This document shows, one piece after another, positions 48,179 through 60,900 of a stretch of DNA of 64,000 nt. The translations under genes and the position numbers were made by a program. Every line of letters begins with the position of its first letter. The stretch's first letter is position 1. The DNA is taken from positions 15,483,432 to 15,547,431 of the forward strand of contig NC_092679.1 of NCBI RefSeq assembly GCF_964355755.1, written 5' to 3'. The DNA comes from Antedon mediterranea. Lineage: Eukaryota > Animalia > Echinodermata. A model generated the notes under the pieces. That model was not told the origin of the DNA. It saw only the letters and a list, made by a program, of their open reading frames with translations, and ran no database searches.

Positions 48179-51100
48179 TTAATCCGTCTTCTCTGATCTT
48201 CCCTTTGTTTTTTGGTATAGTGGTCCAAGTACCTAAAATATAAAAAAGAGCAATCATTAAAATAGAAATAAAAGCACATTTGCGAGGATAATTTGAAAAA
48301 AATAAAATGAACTTTAACCGTGGGTATTACTTTGTTTACCTCAGTGATATTGAGGAGGCAATGAGTTACAACTCGTAAGAGATGCATACTATCTTAGTGT
48401 TTAGTATATGAGCATGTTCAGGTCTAGTTATTTACCTGGGTAAGTTGGTGATCTAGCCACCAAAGTTAGCACTAATTTGTTCATGAAGCCAACTTACCTA
48501 GGTAAATAACTTAGCATAAATGGGCCCTATGTTTGTTGTAATTGTTGATGTATGGAAGTACTGAGAATTACAGTAGAACACTATTAAGTTCTGTCTACAC
48601 TATCAAACTAGTTTGACAAAAAAAAGCGTGATGTACCCAAATATGGTAGTGATATGACATCACATTTTTTTGTCACATAAAGTTTGATAGTGTAGACAGA
48701 GCTTGAAAGGGACATCTACAGGATTCAGTGTCTGCTTAATAGGGGTCCTAAAGTTTTACTATAATTATTTATACTCGCCTGTATCCAAATTTTTTCAGCG
48801 ATAAAATCAATTTTAACTCCAACGTCGGTATACGTTCCAGTAAACTTCACATAACCCCATAAACCAGTCAACAGCAGCGAGATTCCAAGAATCAAATTCG
48901 CCATATTTGATAACGGATAAATACCAATGATTCCAAAGAAGCCAGACGCAATATACATAATGACCATCAATGTAAGAAACGTGATCGGCGTGCGCGCCAT
49001 ATTGAAAAGGTTTTTACTGTCATTATGTTTAATGTATTGGTCATATCGCTCCATAATTTCTAACTCCAGTTGCTCAGCGAAGGGTTCACTAAAAGTTTTG
49101 CCGCCCATTTTTGGAACAGCCCAAAATCGTTCAAGCACAATGCTCTTTACGGTAGCGTGTCGTTTCTCAAGATCATCTGGATTAAGGTAGGGCTTGTCTC
49201 CGCCACAAATCTAAGGGTAAACAAAATCGTACGAAACGTCAATAAGATGTGTATTTAATTAATAATGCACACCTTCTATTTGTGTACCACAAATAAATGT
49301 AATTATGGAAATCAGGAAACTAAGGGAATTTCGATTGGCTACAGTGCAGCGTCCTAACCAGATTAACAACAGGGGCTGATGGACCAGTACATCTGGGTAA
49401 CCCCCTACTCTTCTGAAAGATGGACAAGGTACTGTGCATACTTTTTGTACTGTGTGCACTGGACTTTTAAGTCCATTAAGACGTTTTCTTTGACTAGACC
49501 TATGGTCAAGAAGAGCCTTGAACCTGTGTAGGTTTTGTGGCTTACGGGGCCCCTGCCTTAACCACTCGGCCACTCTACATACTATCCAATACAAAAATAA
49601 AATTAATCACCTCCTCCATTTGATTAACATAGTCGTCTTTTGCATTTGCTACAGCAGACAGATTATTTGCTTCAGCAGTTGCCTAGTAACAAAAACAAAA
49701 GTATCATGAAAACAAAAATAACATTCATTATGTTATGATATAAAAGGATCAAAGACAAGCGACAGTTCCGAAATACTCCCTATCGCTCGGATTGGTTTAA
49801 TCAATCACATTGCGTTATTTCCTTGTGTTGTGTTTCTTGTGGGAACCAAGCTTTAGGGAAGGTCTCATAATCTTGCTATACTTGTCAAATAGCAAAAAAA
49901 GTTATTGATAATTATAATACAGTTTGGCTATGATGAGTTCATAAAACAGATAGACATTGTTATTGTTTCGTAACAAAATATATGAAAAACAATTTTTTAA
50001 GCAATTAATAATTAGATTGTAACGTTACATTTAGCATGGACATTGGTTCGGGTAATTCGTCTCCTTGATAAATTTTAATATATGCCTGTAAATAAAAAAA
50101 AAGGGTATGTTAAATAATTTATTACAAAATTTATTCCAATTCCAACTCGCATATCCTAGGCCTTTTATACTTCCCAGATGCATTTTTTTTCCTATGCGGT
50201 TATGGCAGAAATCATAAATAATTCATTAGAATAATTATGAAATGATATTGGACATTATAGAGGATGCTATATAAGCATGGAGAGAGATTAAATACCTTGC
50301 GTAAACAGCGTTTGCCAACCAAAATGTTTGGTCTAGTAGTAAAGGCTCTAACCTATAACACTGGAGCCAAACAACAACATTTTTTTGATTTGATTATTTT
50401 TTAATATAGTTGAGAGAGATTATTTAGAGGGTTAGGTTTAGTATATTTAGGAAGTAGATCAGCTATCTTGCAATTCTTTATAATTTAATGTATAGTATAG
50501 TAATATAATATATACAGTAGAACCGGTGTTTTACGTTCCCTCGATTTTACGTACGCTTAAAATAACCGATGACGTCATCATTTTCTTACATTGAGGGCGC
50601 AATTTAACAACAACAAAGCACACAAAGCCACAATCATGGCTGTGTGAGGAATTCTGCTGTGTATGGGACAAGCTACGCACATGCATTCCCCCTAAAGCAG
50701 CGACTGTTTTTATTGATAGAAAACAATTACATTTTACACTTTATTTAAACATCGCACAGCCTGTATATACTGTACTTTTCTAGTTAGGCCTTACATCTTG
50801 CTAGGCCTGCTAGCCTGGCCTGAATAGTCTAGGCAAGGCCTAGCTAGTGACCACCTGCATACTGTACAGAAGTAGGCAAACACGGCTAGCTACGATCTCT
50901 CTACGTACTGTATTTGGGGTCAATTTAAGGTCAACCTTGATTTTACGAATCCCTTGTTTTACGTACGCCTTTCGGTCCCGTACCGTACGCCTTTCGGTCC
51001 CGTACCGTACGTAAAATGAAGGTTCTACTGTATAATGATTTCTGCCTTAACCTCATAGGAAAAAAATAATGATACCCGGATATAGGCTTAAAAACAAAAT

Positions 51101-54100
51101 ATATCTAGTCTGTAAACACAGTAGAAGCATGCATTTAACGGAAACCTAACTTTGTATATACATAGCACCTGGTGTTGCAGACAATTTGTTTATGCAAAGT
51201 ATTAATAAGAAACCACTTGCCTTAAAGTATTCAACTAAACTAGCACCTTTAACAACATTTCCATTAATCTTCTTGGTTGCCAATTTATCACTTGATAGAA
51301 GATGGGGAGCTAACACTTTTAATTCATCTCGAAATTCATCTGATATATCTAAATATAACACAAAATGATACACATTCGATACACTAAGATACTGCAAACG
51401 TACATACACATACAACAGCAAGTAACTAGTCATCATAGTTCATTATTTTTGTTGTGAAAGATGAAATAACCTATTTTCACTTGGCTTCACATATAACTTT
51501 TCATTTTCATAAAATTATTTTTGCCATTGCGCTCTCATTGTTTGTATACTATATGGTGAGTATCATTACCTTGAAGACGACCATCAAACTTTGGATTGCT
51601 AGCTACCTTCAGGCCTGGATGAGGCATTAAAAAACATTCAACTTCCTGGAACAACTCTTTGATATGTTTTCTTACTGTTTGTAATTCTTCATGTTGCTTA
51701 TCCTCGATCTAGAAAAAAAAACACAAACTAAATTGCAGTCCAATCCTAGAAATAAGTTAAACTTGGCATGACCACAGAGATGCTTTTTCAGAATCAGCAT
51801 TTAACAACATTTAATTTATTTCTTTAGGCAATCAATCAAGGATTGTTAAGAGTCACTGTCATCCAGAAAGGTGGCAATCTGTTTCATAGGAAAGAACACA
51901 AGCTACCTAATATCTCCAACATTGACATACACCTATGACATACCTTCAAACGTTTTTCAAGAATTTCCTGGCCTCCTTCAAGACCATACTCTGCTTCATA
52001 TGGGTAGCTCCAGTCACGAACAAGAAACATTAGATTCTAAAAATATAATTAACATTAAAATTTACAGATTCTTTGACTTGACATTCCCATTGATATGTAT
52101 TTCTTAGGTTTGGTTTCCACTTGGATGCAAAGCAACAATGTACGGCCAACACAAGTGAGTTGACTAATCACAAGCAACAATTCGGATACTCCGTCATGAT
52201 TGGTCAAACTACTTACAGTGCGCTTATGTCCTTGCATTGTATCAAAATGGGAACCAAGCTTCAGACTTGGTGTACAAATATGATTTTTAAATGCTTGTCA
52301 TACTTTATTGCAACAAATTTAAGATTAGACCTTCTCCAGACCCGACAACACCAATTAGCATTTTGAAATATTTATTCCATCAAAAATTTTCCAAACACAG
52401 AAGTGGGAATTTTTTGAGTAGTATATAAAAAGCAGACTATCCAATGAAGAGCCAATTAGAGTAAAGTGTTACATCATCAAATATAAAATGGAATTTTTTT
52501 GAAATTTATATTAATGAACATAACTTTTAAAAAAATAGCCACATGTATGCAAATTACTAACCTGGAATGGCTTTGAATCATTATCCTTCATTGCAAGCCG
52601 TCCATATTCTGTAAAAAGCTGCAGGTGCTGCAAATCATCCTCCTGAATGTTCATGCTAATGTTGTATACCTACATAAAAAATGTTAAATAATGAATATTC
52701 ATGCTAATGTATAAATAATTACAATAATGAATATTTATGCTAATATACAATTACAATATACCCATATAAACAATCTAAATAATGAATATTCATGCTAATG
52801 TTGTATACCTATAAAAAATTTAAATAATGAATATTCATGCTAATGTTGTATACCTATAAATAATTTAAATAATGAATATTCATGCTAATGTTGTATACAT
52901 ATAAAAAATTTAAATAATGAATATTCATGCTAATGTTGTATACCTATAAATAATTTAAATAATGAATATTCATGCTAATGTTTTATACATATAAATAATT
53001 TAAATAATGTATATTCAGAATAATGTTGTATGCCTTTATAAATAATTAGAATGATTAATAAAATATTCACACTTACACTATACTAATGCATTACACTAAG
53101 GAATATACTTATATATATATATATGTCCTACATGAATATTATAAGGACTATGCATGCTAATGACAATGTTGTAATTTAAATAATTATTATTCACACTTAC
53201 ACTACGGTATATATCAATGCATTACACCAATAAATACAGTATTTATATCAATATTTTTTGCATAAACACATTAAAATAATGACTATTCATGCTAATGTTG
53301 ATTTTAAAAGTGAAGAATTTTATAATTGGTGTTTTTTTCATATTAAAAAAGGTAAAGGTGAGTCCCGTGTTCTCTGAACGTAGAGGAACAAGCTGTTAGG
53401 AGCTCATTGTACTAAGCCTCGGCATTATGTGGTAGGGTGGCCAGTTCCTTTCCACGCCGCCTTTTTTCTCCCTAGTATTTTCAACCAGGTACTCATTTTA
53501 CAGCTGAGTGAACTGGGAGTTGTCGGGCATTGAACCCGGGTCTATCTGTACGACAGTCAAGTGTCCTAACCACTCGGCTATCCAACTCCATTTTTCATAT
53601 TATATTATTTATATGTTATGTGAGCTGAGCCATATCTATGATATGATAAAAAGGAAGGGACATCCGAGCATCCAGAGAGGGAGACCAGCAGAGAGATGCA
53701 GGGGAAAATTTCATTTTAAAATTTTGTTTAGAAATATTGCTAATCAAACGATTTTTTAGTCGAGAAACATAGTTTTGTATTGTATTTTTTGCTACACAAT
53801 TTTAGAAATGTGTAGCAATAAGGTTGTTTTGTATAGCTTTTTGCTATGCTACACTGGCGAAATTATTCCCTGAGATGGCGCGAATCACCGAGCCATGTCG
53901 AATGAAAGAAGGTCAGTAAGTACAGAAGACTAGATACATTTCAATATATTTGATTTTTACTAGAAATCAAAAAGGTTAAATTCAATAAAATCATTCAACA
54001 GTTAAAGTGATATGCTATTAAATACTTAATATGCTATCAAACCATCTATTACTAAGGTATCATGAAGATGAAATTGTATACTCTGTTTTATAAGCTCATT

Positions 54101-57100
54101 TTTATATGCTGTGTTTTAATATCACACATTCTGAGCACTAGTATTAGTATTACTTCACTGTTATTCACATAATAATTAATGTACAAATCTTGTATAACAA
54201 TCAAATTAGCTATTACCAATATGCATCTGTGGTCAAAGGTCATTCAGTACAGGAACGATTTATGTAATTTGACAATCAATCATGCATAATATTCAAAATA
54301 ATCAGATTCAATTATCTTTATTAAATAATCAATTCCATAGGAACGGGTTAGAGGTCAAATGAATTATTCATGAGCTAGGTATCTATATAATATTGTAAAC
54401 TGTACATATATTTAGTATAGTATTGACATTGTAGTACAATAATATTTAGATTCAAATTCAATTTTCTTTACACTATTATGGGCAAGGCCAATGTGGTTTC
54501 AGCTTTGTGAAATTGTTAAAGACACTTTCTCTGCAATTTTTTACATTTTGTAAAAGTAATACATTACCGATTATGATAAAAAAAGGGAAAAAAAGTACCC
54601 CAAAATGTAGTTCTTTACTTAGGCGTGACTTGGCCTAGGCTAGTTTGTAGGCTCTACTCGTAGCCTGGTAATAACGGTAACGTCAAACATCATACCCTAG
54701 CATTAGAGGATTCGCGTAGTCTCGTTACAGAATTAATTGTTTTTCTTTTTTGGACAGAATCTAAATCTATCCAGTATTCTCAATAAAAAGTTTACTCTAT
54801 AACATAAAAAATCAGAGACCGTAGAAGCAAAATGAACATATCAATCTACAGAAGTAAACTACAGAATGATCTATTCAAACAAAGCCTGATTATATCAATT
54901 TTTTTAATTTTTTTGGGGAGATAACACATCTTTAAATAAATAATTGATAAAGCTACTTTACCTGTACTGAACTGAGCATAGTGCTAAGAGCAAAGACAGT
55001 GGCACAGTCCTTGACTGTAGATTGGCTATCAAAAGCACCTTGAGTATCCATTAAAAGCACAGCAATCTAAAGGAAAAAATAATGTTAGACGCCTATGTAA
55101 ATAATATGTAACTTGTGGTTTACCCATTCAATGGACAGGCACTATCTATTAAGTGAATTAATGATGACCTCTGTGCGACCTGACTATGACATATGGGCTA
55201 GAACTATCAAACGTGAAATTCGGTTGTGAGACAAGAAATTGTTCCAGAAAAGCACATTTTTAATATTGTCATACCTGAACTGATAACGGGGATCTAAAAG
55301 GTGTCTGGATGGAAGATATGACTATCGGTCGTGCAGCTTAAAGCTGTGTCTACACTACACTTTATGCAACAAAACAAGCACGAATGTGCGATACTCGGGG
55401 TACAGCAAAAGAAGCTGTAATGACGTCATAAGACGGGATGTGACGTCACATACACATCAATAGCCTTGGTACCAAATATGGCTATACAGTACCATCTTCA
55501 AGACATCATATGGCTGCATCCGGTTTGAAATTTTAAAAATCTGGCTCTATAGCTTTGAGGACATGTCCCTGTAGTATATTCATGCCAAATCCCAGCTCAA
55601 TACCACAACGAATAAGGGAGGAGTAGTACTTTATAAATCGAACTTTTTACTCAATAGTGCCGGATGGAAGAGAAGATGAGAGAGTCCTAGACTCGGGTAG
55701 CCCGAGTAAAAACCAAAAAATGTGATGTGCCCATATATGGACATGATGATATCATATCACTATCATATTTAGGCATATCACCACCATATTTGGTCACATC
55801 ACACTTTTTTGTAGTGTGGACAGAGCTTTAATCTTTAGTGCTATACAGAAACTAGTGACTATAATAAACATTCCTAAAAACAAACAGTTTAAAAATATCA
55901 AATATGTAGATTCATAATTAATTAGATTTTCATAAATTCATATTTGCCAACAAATTACCGCTGTGTGACTGTACAAGATATTGTAAACTTTGGCCTCATT
56001 TATAAGCTTCAAAATAAACACGTTTGTAATGGGTATTTTAATAGAGGAGGCATGAAGTAAAACAACTATTAAACGTGACTACACAAAAATTAATACCTTA
56101 GTAAAAACCTAACACCTGGACCACATCAATCCTAGTTAGAAGTTTCAAGCCTGTTAAATTGATTACTTTGACTTTTATATATTCTGAAACGGCTACATAA
56201 ATTCTGATTTTGAGAATTGATAGTAAGCTGTACAGATTGGCATTCTTATCCTCTCTACCTCTAATTCTTCACTCACACAGTAGGGTGGATCCATGATTTT
56301 TATTTGTTTATTCAATAAATATAGGCCTCCTACTCTAGACTATTTTACAATAGATATCATTTTCGAAATCTTTCTTTTCTTAAATGATTTAACTAAATAT
56401 AATATAATGCAAAAACTTAATTTGTAGGAAATCATTTGTAACAAAAACATTTATATTATTTTGAAGCAGGGATGTGCATCATCAGAGCCTAAAAGTGCTG
56501 TTCTAGCACTATCAATCAACAATTTTGTAAACATAATATTAAACATACCTCTTTCTCGTCCGGTCCAAGGCATAGAAAGACACGACTCCACATCCAGATA
56601 CCGGTGGTTTCACGGTCGGAGCCTCCCCGCCATGAAAAACCAGTTAAGGGCTCATCGTTACTTCCCATCCATTCGGTAGTACCCTATTTTGAGAGAGCAA
56701 TAATACTATGTTTAAATAAAATATATAGTTTAAGTTAAACCATACTCTCTGAAAACCAGAAACTCTCCCAAAACCAGCTTGGTCTTGCTATGGTCAAAAA
56801 AGACGGAATTCATTTTTCCAGTAAAACACATTCAATATATCAGAATTTCTAGAAAACCAGATATATCAGGTCAGCCCAAGGGTGTCTGGTATTGGGAGCC
56901 GAGAAACTGCAAGTAAAGTAATTACCAACATCTCTTTCTTGTCAAAAATTGAAATAATATACATAGTCAGAATTTTTAGTAGACATAAGAAATTATTACT
57001 TAACTACAGACAGCAGCAATTAAATAATAGAGTACATACGTATAGAAAATGAAAAACAATACATTAATACTTAATTAACATGCATCATAATTTAGATCAT

Positions 57101-58085
57101 AAAGGTAATTATCGGTCATTTGATGTTACCTTTCAAATTAAAATTTTTATCACAGTCATTAAAAGGTCTGACATGTTCAACAATTAATGCCTAGTGTATC
57201 AAATGAGATTCCTCAAAATCCTACTTTTAATTTGGCTATTTCAATATATTTTCCATATTCGATTCAGAAACCTTTGTGCAGAATACCTGTTACTTGTACT
57301 TTTTTTGGATGGTGAATTGCAAAATCTTTGTGCTAAACAAAAATTTGTGTTAAAAGTACTTTTTTCATTTGAAGAGTAGCGAAAGATTGTTTGTTGATTA
57401 CTATCTCCAGACTCAAAATATTTGACTAAATACTATAAACTATACATTTCCCATAATTCACTTTTCAATTGTATGACCCACTATGTAACTCCTGGGAGAG
57501 GTGTCATACCTTTATGTATACCATGACACACCCCTGGACCAAAAAAGTGACGCATACATGATTCACCTTGTTGTAGTATAGTGCTTCATACAGTTGCATA
57601 AATTTGTTATTCATTCTAATTCAAATGTTAGTTTTGACTATATAGTTTTCATTGGCATTATTGCAAATTTAGTTATTAAAAATTCAGCAAACAGCCCAAG
57701 AGGAAAACCATGGGCCAATGGCCTATCACAGAAGTGGAAACGCCTCTTTCAGAACCACAATGTTGTAAAATTTATATAGCGCTAACCATACATATTGTCC
57801 CAAAGTGCTAACAATGTTAAAAAAAACAATATTTTTTAAATGTAACCATTGTAACGCCATACTTACTCCATCTGACAAGTATCTGAGAAAAAAGTCCAAT
57901 AGGAAAGATTTTCCCTTGCGGAAAGCACCAGCTACTGATAACACAACAACATCTTTGTTCTTCACATGATCCTGGAGGAGAATACTCTCTAGGACATCTT
58001 CTTGCAGTTCAAATGTATGACCGTCGGTCACTTTGACCACTTGTACTGGACCTCCACATGCGGCAACTTCAGGGATGGGAGGCAT
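48179..58085 (-). CDS. ATL: Atlastin (ER membrane-fusion dynamin-like GTPase); 11 coding exons, 513 aa
   Basis: Exons: 58085-57867, 56683-56549, 55066-54962, 52669-52562, 52036-51944, 51708-51570, 51348-51221, 50085-50029, 49682-49611, 49210-48779, 48232-48179 (1542 nt). Motifs: P-loop [48 protein letters not shown], two TM segments after ARTP, and C-terminus ...SEKTD*. Two introns use GC donors. Confidence 0.95.
49300..49572 (-). mobile_element. tRNA-derived SINE
   Basis: Minus-strand GTGGCCGAGTGGTTAAGG (A box) and GGTTCAAGGC (B-box-like), followed by a ~200-bp body. Confidence 0.6.
50515..51030. mobile_element. Tigger/pogo-like MITE, TA TSD; related CAGTAGAACC fragments at ~6443-6588, 11600-11680, 20545-20610 and 31848-32005
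   Basis: TA|CAGTAGAACC..TTTTACG...CGTAAAATGAAGGTTCTACTG|TA. Confidence 0.85.
52105..52262. mobile_element. Harbinger-like MITE family (AGCTTGGTTCCCAC ends); related pieces at ~24120-24277 and 49745-49853
   Basis: Inverted ends AGGTTTGGTTTCCACTT / ATGGGAACCAAGCTT and a shared AAGTGAGTTGACCAATCACAAGC core. Confidence 0.6.
52672..53045. repeat. 45-bp tandem repeat derived from the atlastin intron/exon junction
   Basis: Unit CCTATAAAAAATTTAAATAATGAATATTCATGCTAATGTTGTATA, period 45 (52808, 52853, 52898, 52943). It matches exon start 52645-52669 plus its acceptor. Confidence 0.92.
53347..53585 (-). mobile_element. tRNA-derived SINE with (CCTTTA) tail
   Basis: Minus-strand TAGCCGAGTGGTTAGG...GGGTTCAATGCCC head, central CAGCTGTAAAATGAGTACC, tail CACCTTTACCTTTT. 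Confidence 0.75.
55372..55712 (-). mobile_element. Non-autonomous Helentron (HINE/DINE-1-like) inserted into a MITE
   Basis: Minus strand: TTTTT-ACTCGGG-CTA-CCCGAGT palindromic 5' end; 3' subTIR CCCCGAGTA followed by short hairpin GCAC-ATTC-GTGC and TTGTT. It sits in a T-run with no TSD, splitting a 160-bp-family MITE. Confidence 0.7.
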
Positions 58086-58224
58086 TTTCAGCGACTATCT
58101 GTTACAAAATATAAGCCAAGTGACTAACTTTAGCCTATAGGCAACCTTCAATTTCAGAACAAAAAGTCAATTATTTAGGGCTTCACACAATGAAATCCGG
58201 GACTTTTGGTCAAGGCAGTCCAGT

Positions 58225-58647
58225 ACCTCTTTCACACCAAAACTCTGGAGTAATCTACGGAGACACTCCGGAGTGATCTCCGGAGACACTCCGGGGTTTA
58301 TGACCATTCAAAACATCGAGAAACTCCAGAGATACCCCTTTCATACCAACCGAGCTAAACACCGGGGTTTATAAAACAAAATTGTAAATGTCGCCCTCTA
58401 TTTTGTTTGTTTACATAGCGACGATCATTCGAGGATGACCTTTTGACCTAAAAACTCTGAAGTTTGATGTTGGTACCTACAACACAAAACACTGGGGTGT
58501 CCCTGCAGTTTGCTCTCCAGAGAATGTTCAGCTGTTCAACCCCGCAGTTTTAAACTCAGGAGTTGCTTGATTTTACCTTTCACACTAAAACGGCGGGGCG
58601 TTAACTCCGGAGTGTCTCCAGAGTTTTGCATTTGGTGTGAAAGGGGT
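58225..58647. mobile_element. MITE with TIR ACC(C/T)CTTTCACACCAAA and internal CTCCGGAG repeats
   Basis: Inverted ends TACCTCTTTCACACCAAA / TTTGGTGTGAAAGGGGT; TSD unclear. Confidence 0.7.
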
Positions 58648-59277
58648 CCCGGACGTTTCGTCTGACACAATATACAGTGTTGTAGTAATCAAGTTTTATA
58701 AGACGTTTGAACTTAGTATTTAAATTACATTAAATGTAAAATTTTTATAAATATAAAAATTGATTTTCTTCAATGGGATAACAAAGATAGTATCCATCAA
58801 TGTTATCATCCATTATATATTATTTAATTGTTAAATTTTAGTTTAATAGTTTAGATTCACACTTTATAAAACAGCGTAGCGAACCTCTGAAATGGGAAGA
58901 TGTTTCAATATAGATAGGGGCCATCCTCTCCCAAGTCAAAACATTCTTCTGTTCTGCTATCAGCCACATGGGCATGTGGTCTGTTGGGACGCCAGTGATT
59001 TCTATGAAATGCCCAGTGCGCCTTTTTACGAGATTTTGTGTAGTGATTACAGTAACTTATAAGTACTACTTATGTAATACGTATGTAATAAATAAGTAAT
59101 CTTTCGAGTTAAAGTTCAGTGGATTCCATAAGATTGTTCTTGTGTGTACCATGTGAGTCATGTTGTCTCTCAGCCTCAGGACTAATAAAGTATTGACCGG
59201 TTAAAATTAAATAAACATTTTTTTTTTTAGTAATCATTTAATATCATATTTTTTTGCATTTTACAATACTATTATAC

Positions 59278-60188
59278 AAAATATTTGGCGCTAGTTCCGT
59301 TTCGCACCTGTCGTTTATTTCAACTCAAAATTGGTTAAGTAACTTTATCGTGACTACCACACCTTAGAATTAGGCCTCAAAAATATTTTTACGAAGGAGA
59401 TCACACAAAAAGTAAAAAATAAATCCTTTAAATTGATGAATTTACAGACGTGTTTCTCGCACATCGGTTCGTGAATTTTGCATACTCCATGTTCAATGTT
59501 GTTGTTTCTATGGAGCGCCAAAAGAGCAATCATAATAGAGGGCTAAAAACTCAATAAATTGTGTATATTTAATGCATTTATTGGTGAAAATTACGTTCAA
59601 TTTTATCATATTTTGTCAATGTCAATTCAACAAAAATATTACTGTTGATACTGTACATGGTTTTTGCAGGAACTTTTAGGAATGAAAATCGACAAATTCA
59701 TCATCATATTACATGTACTGTAGGGGTATACCTAATCTAAATAATATTCCTCTTAGTCTTAGTCTTACTCTTAGGTCTAGGGTTGGTTGCTATTTGGAAA
59801 CAGCAAATTATTAGCAGTAAAATGTTACAGCATTTTTATTGACAAAATATATTAAAATTAAACGTGTATTTCAATTATAAATGCATTAAAAGAAGACGCA
59901 TTCCACTGAGTTTTTAACCATCTATTGTTGTTGCTCTTTTGGCGCTCCATAGAAACAAAAATATTGAACTTCGAGTATGCTAAATTCGCGAACGGTGTGC
60001 GAGAAACATGTCTGTAAAATCATCAATTTAAGGATTTATTAGTTACTTTTTATGTGATTCTTCTTCATAAAAGTACTTATGAGGCCCAATTTTAAGGTGT
60101 GGTATTCACAATAAGTTGCTTGACAATTTGGAGTCAAAAGGAAGTCGAAATAAAAACAGGTGCGAAACGGAACTAGTGCCAAATATTT
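59278..60188. mobile_element. Foldback-type element with ~340-bp inverted arms in the probable atlastin intron 1
   Basis: 59278-59620 is the diverged reverse complement of 59838-60188. Ends are ATTTGGCGCTAGTTCCGTTTCGCACCTG / CAGGTGCGAAACGGAACTAGTGCCAAAT. Confidence 0.85.
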
Positions 60189-60727
60189 TACTAAAAAACA
60201 TGATTTTATGTAAATATTTTATCGAAAAATGTCGTAGTTCATACAATTGCAGACTGAGGGGCAACTTGTTTACTTTACATGTAGCCTATATAGGCCTAGA
60301 GGCTAGGCTATGTAACATAGTTTGTGGCTAAAGTAAAAACGATCATTTTTGGAGATGTTTTAGATTGTATTATAGGCCTAGGGCTAGCCTATCTATGGAT
60401 ACAAGTCAGATTTTCATAATTTCTTTAATTATATTAAAAAGGCCTACTTTTTATCTACTACTCTATCACAGCAGTCTATCTTTCCTAAAATAGGCCTAGG
60501 ATCTATTCCTCTAAACTCGCCTTAGTAGGTAGGCCTAGTAGCCTACCGCCGCCTGCTTGAATTTTAGAGCCCTGACCAGGCCTGCCATACACAGCACAGT
60601 CTATGTCCGGCCTAGGCCTAGGCCTAGCCAATCGTCGACCAAAAATATGTTTAAAACACTTATAAATACACTTATTACACACAACTAATATTTTTCATGG
60701 ATTTTTTTTATTATACAACATACTTAC

Positions 60728-60900
60728 CCTGTACAATATTATATAAGAATTCTTTAAAATAGATAGCTTTAATCAGTAAAAATATGATCAGTTTGATTTC
60801 GAAACATCCATTTGGTTCTTCTCTACGTTTAATTTTCTTGTGATGTCTATGGAGCGCCAAAAGTGCCTGTAAAACGATTGTAAATGAACACAATCCAATG
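60728..60900 (-). other. Probable non-coding first (5'UTR) exon of atlastin
   Basis: A strong donor AGG|GTAAGTA lies at 60728/60727. The ATG exon has an acceptor (GTAACAG|ATAG) only about 13 nt upstream of the ATG, so an upstream exon is implied. The 5' boundary is a guess. Confidence 0.5.
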
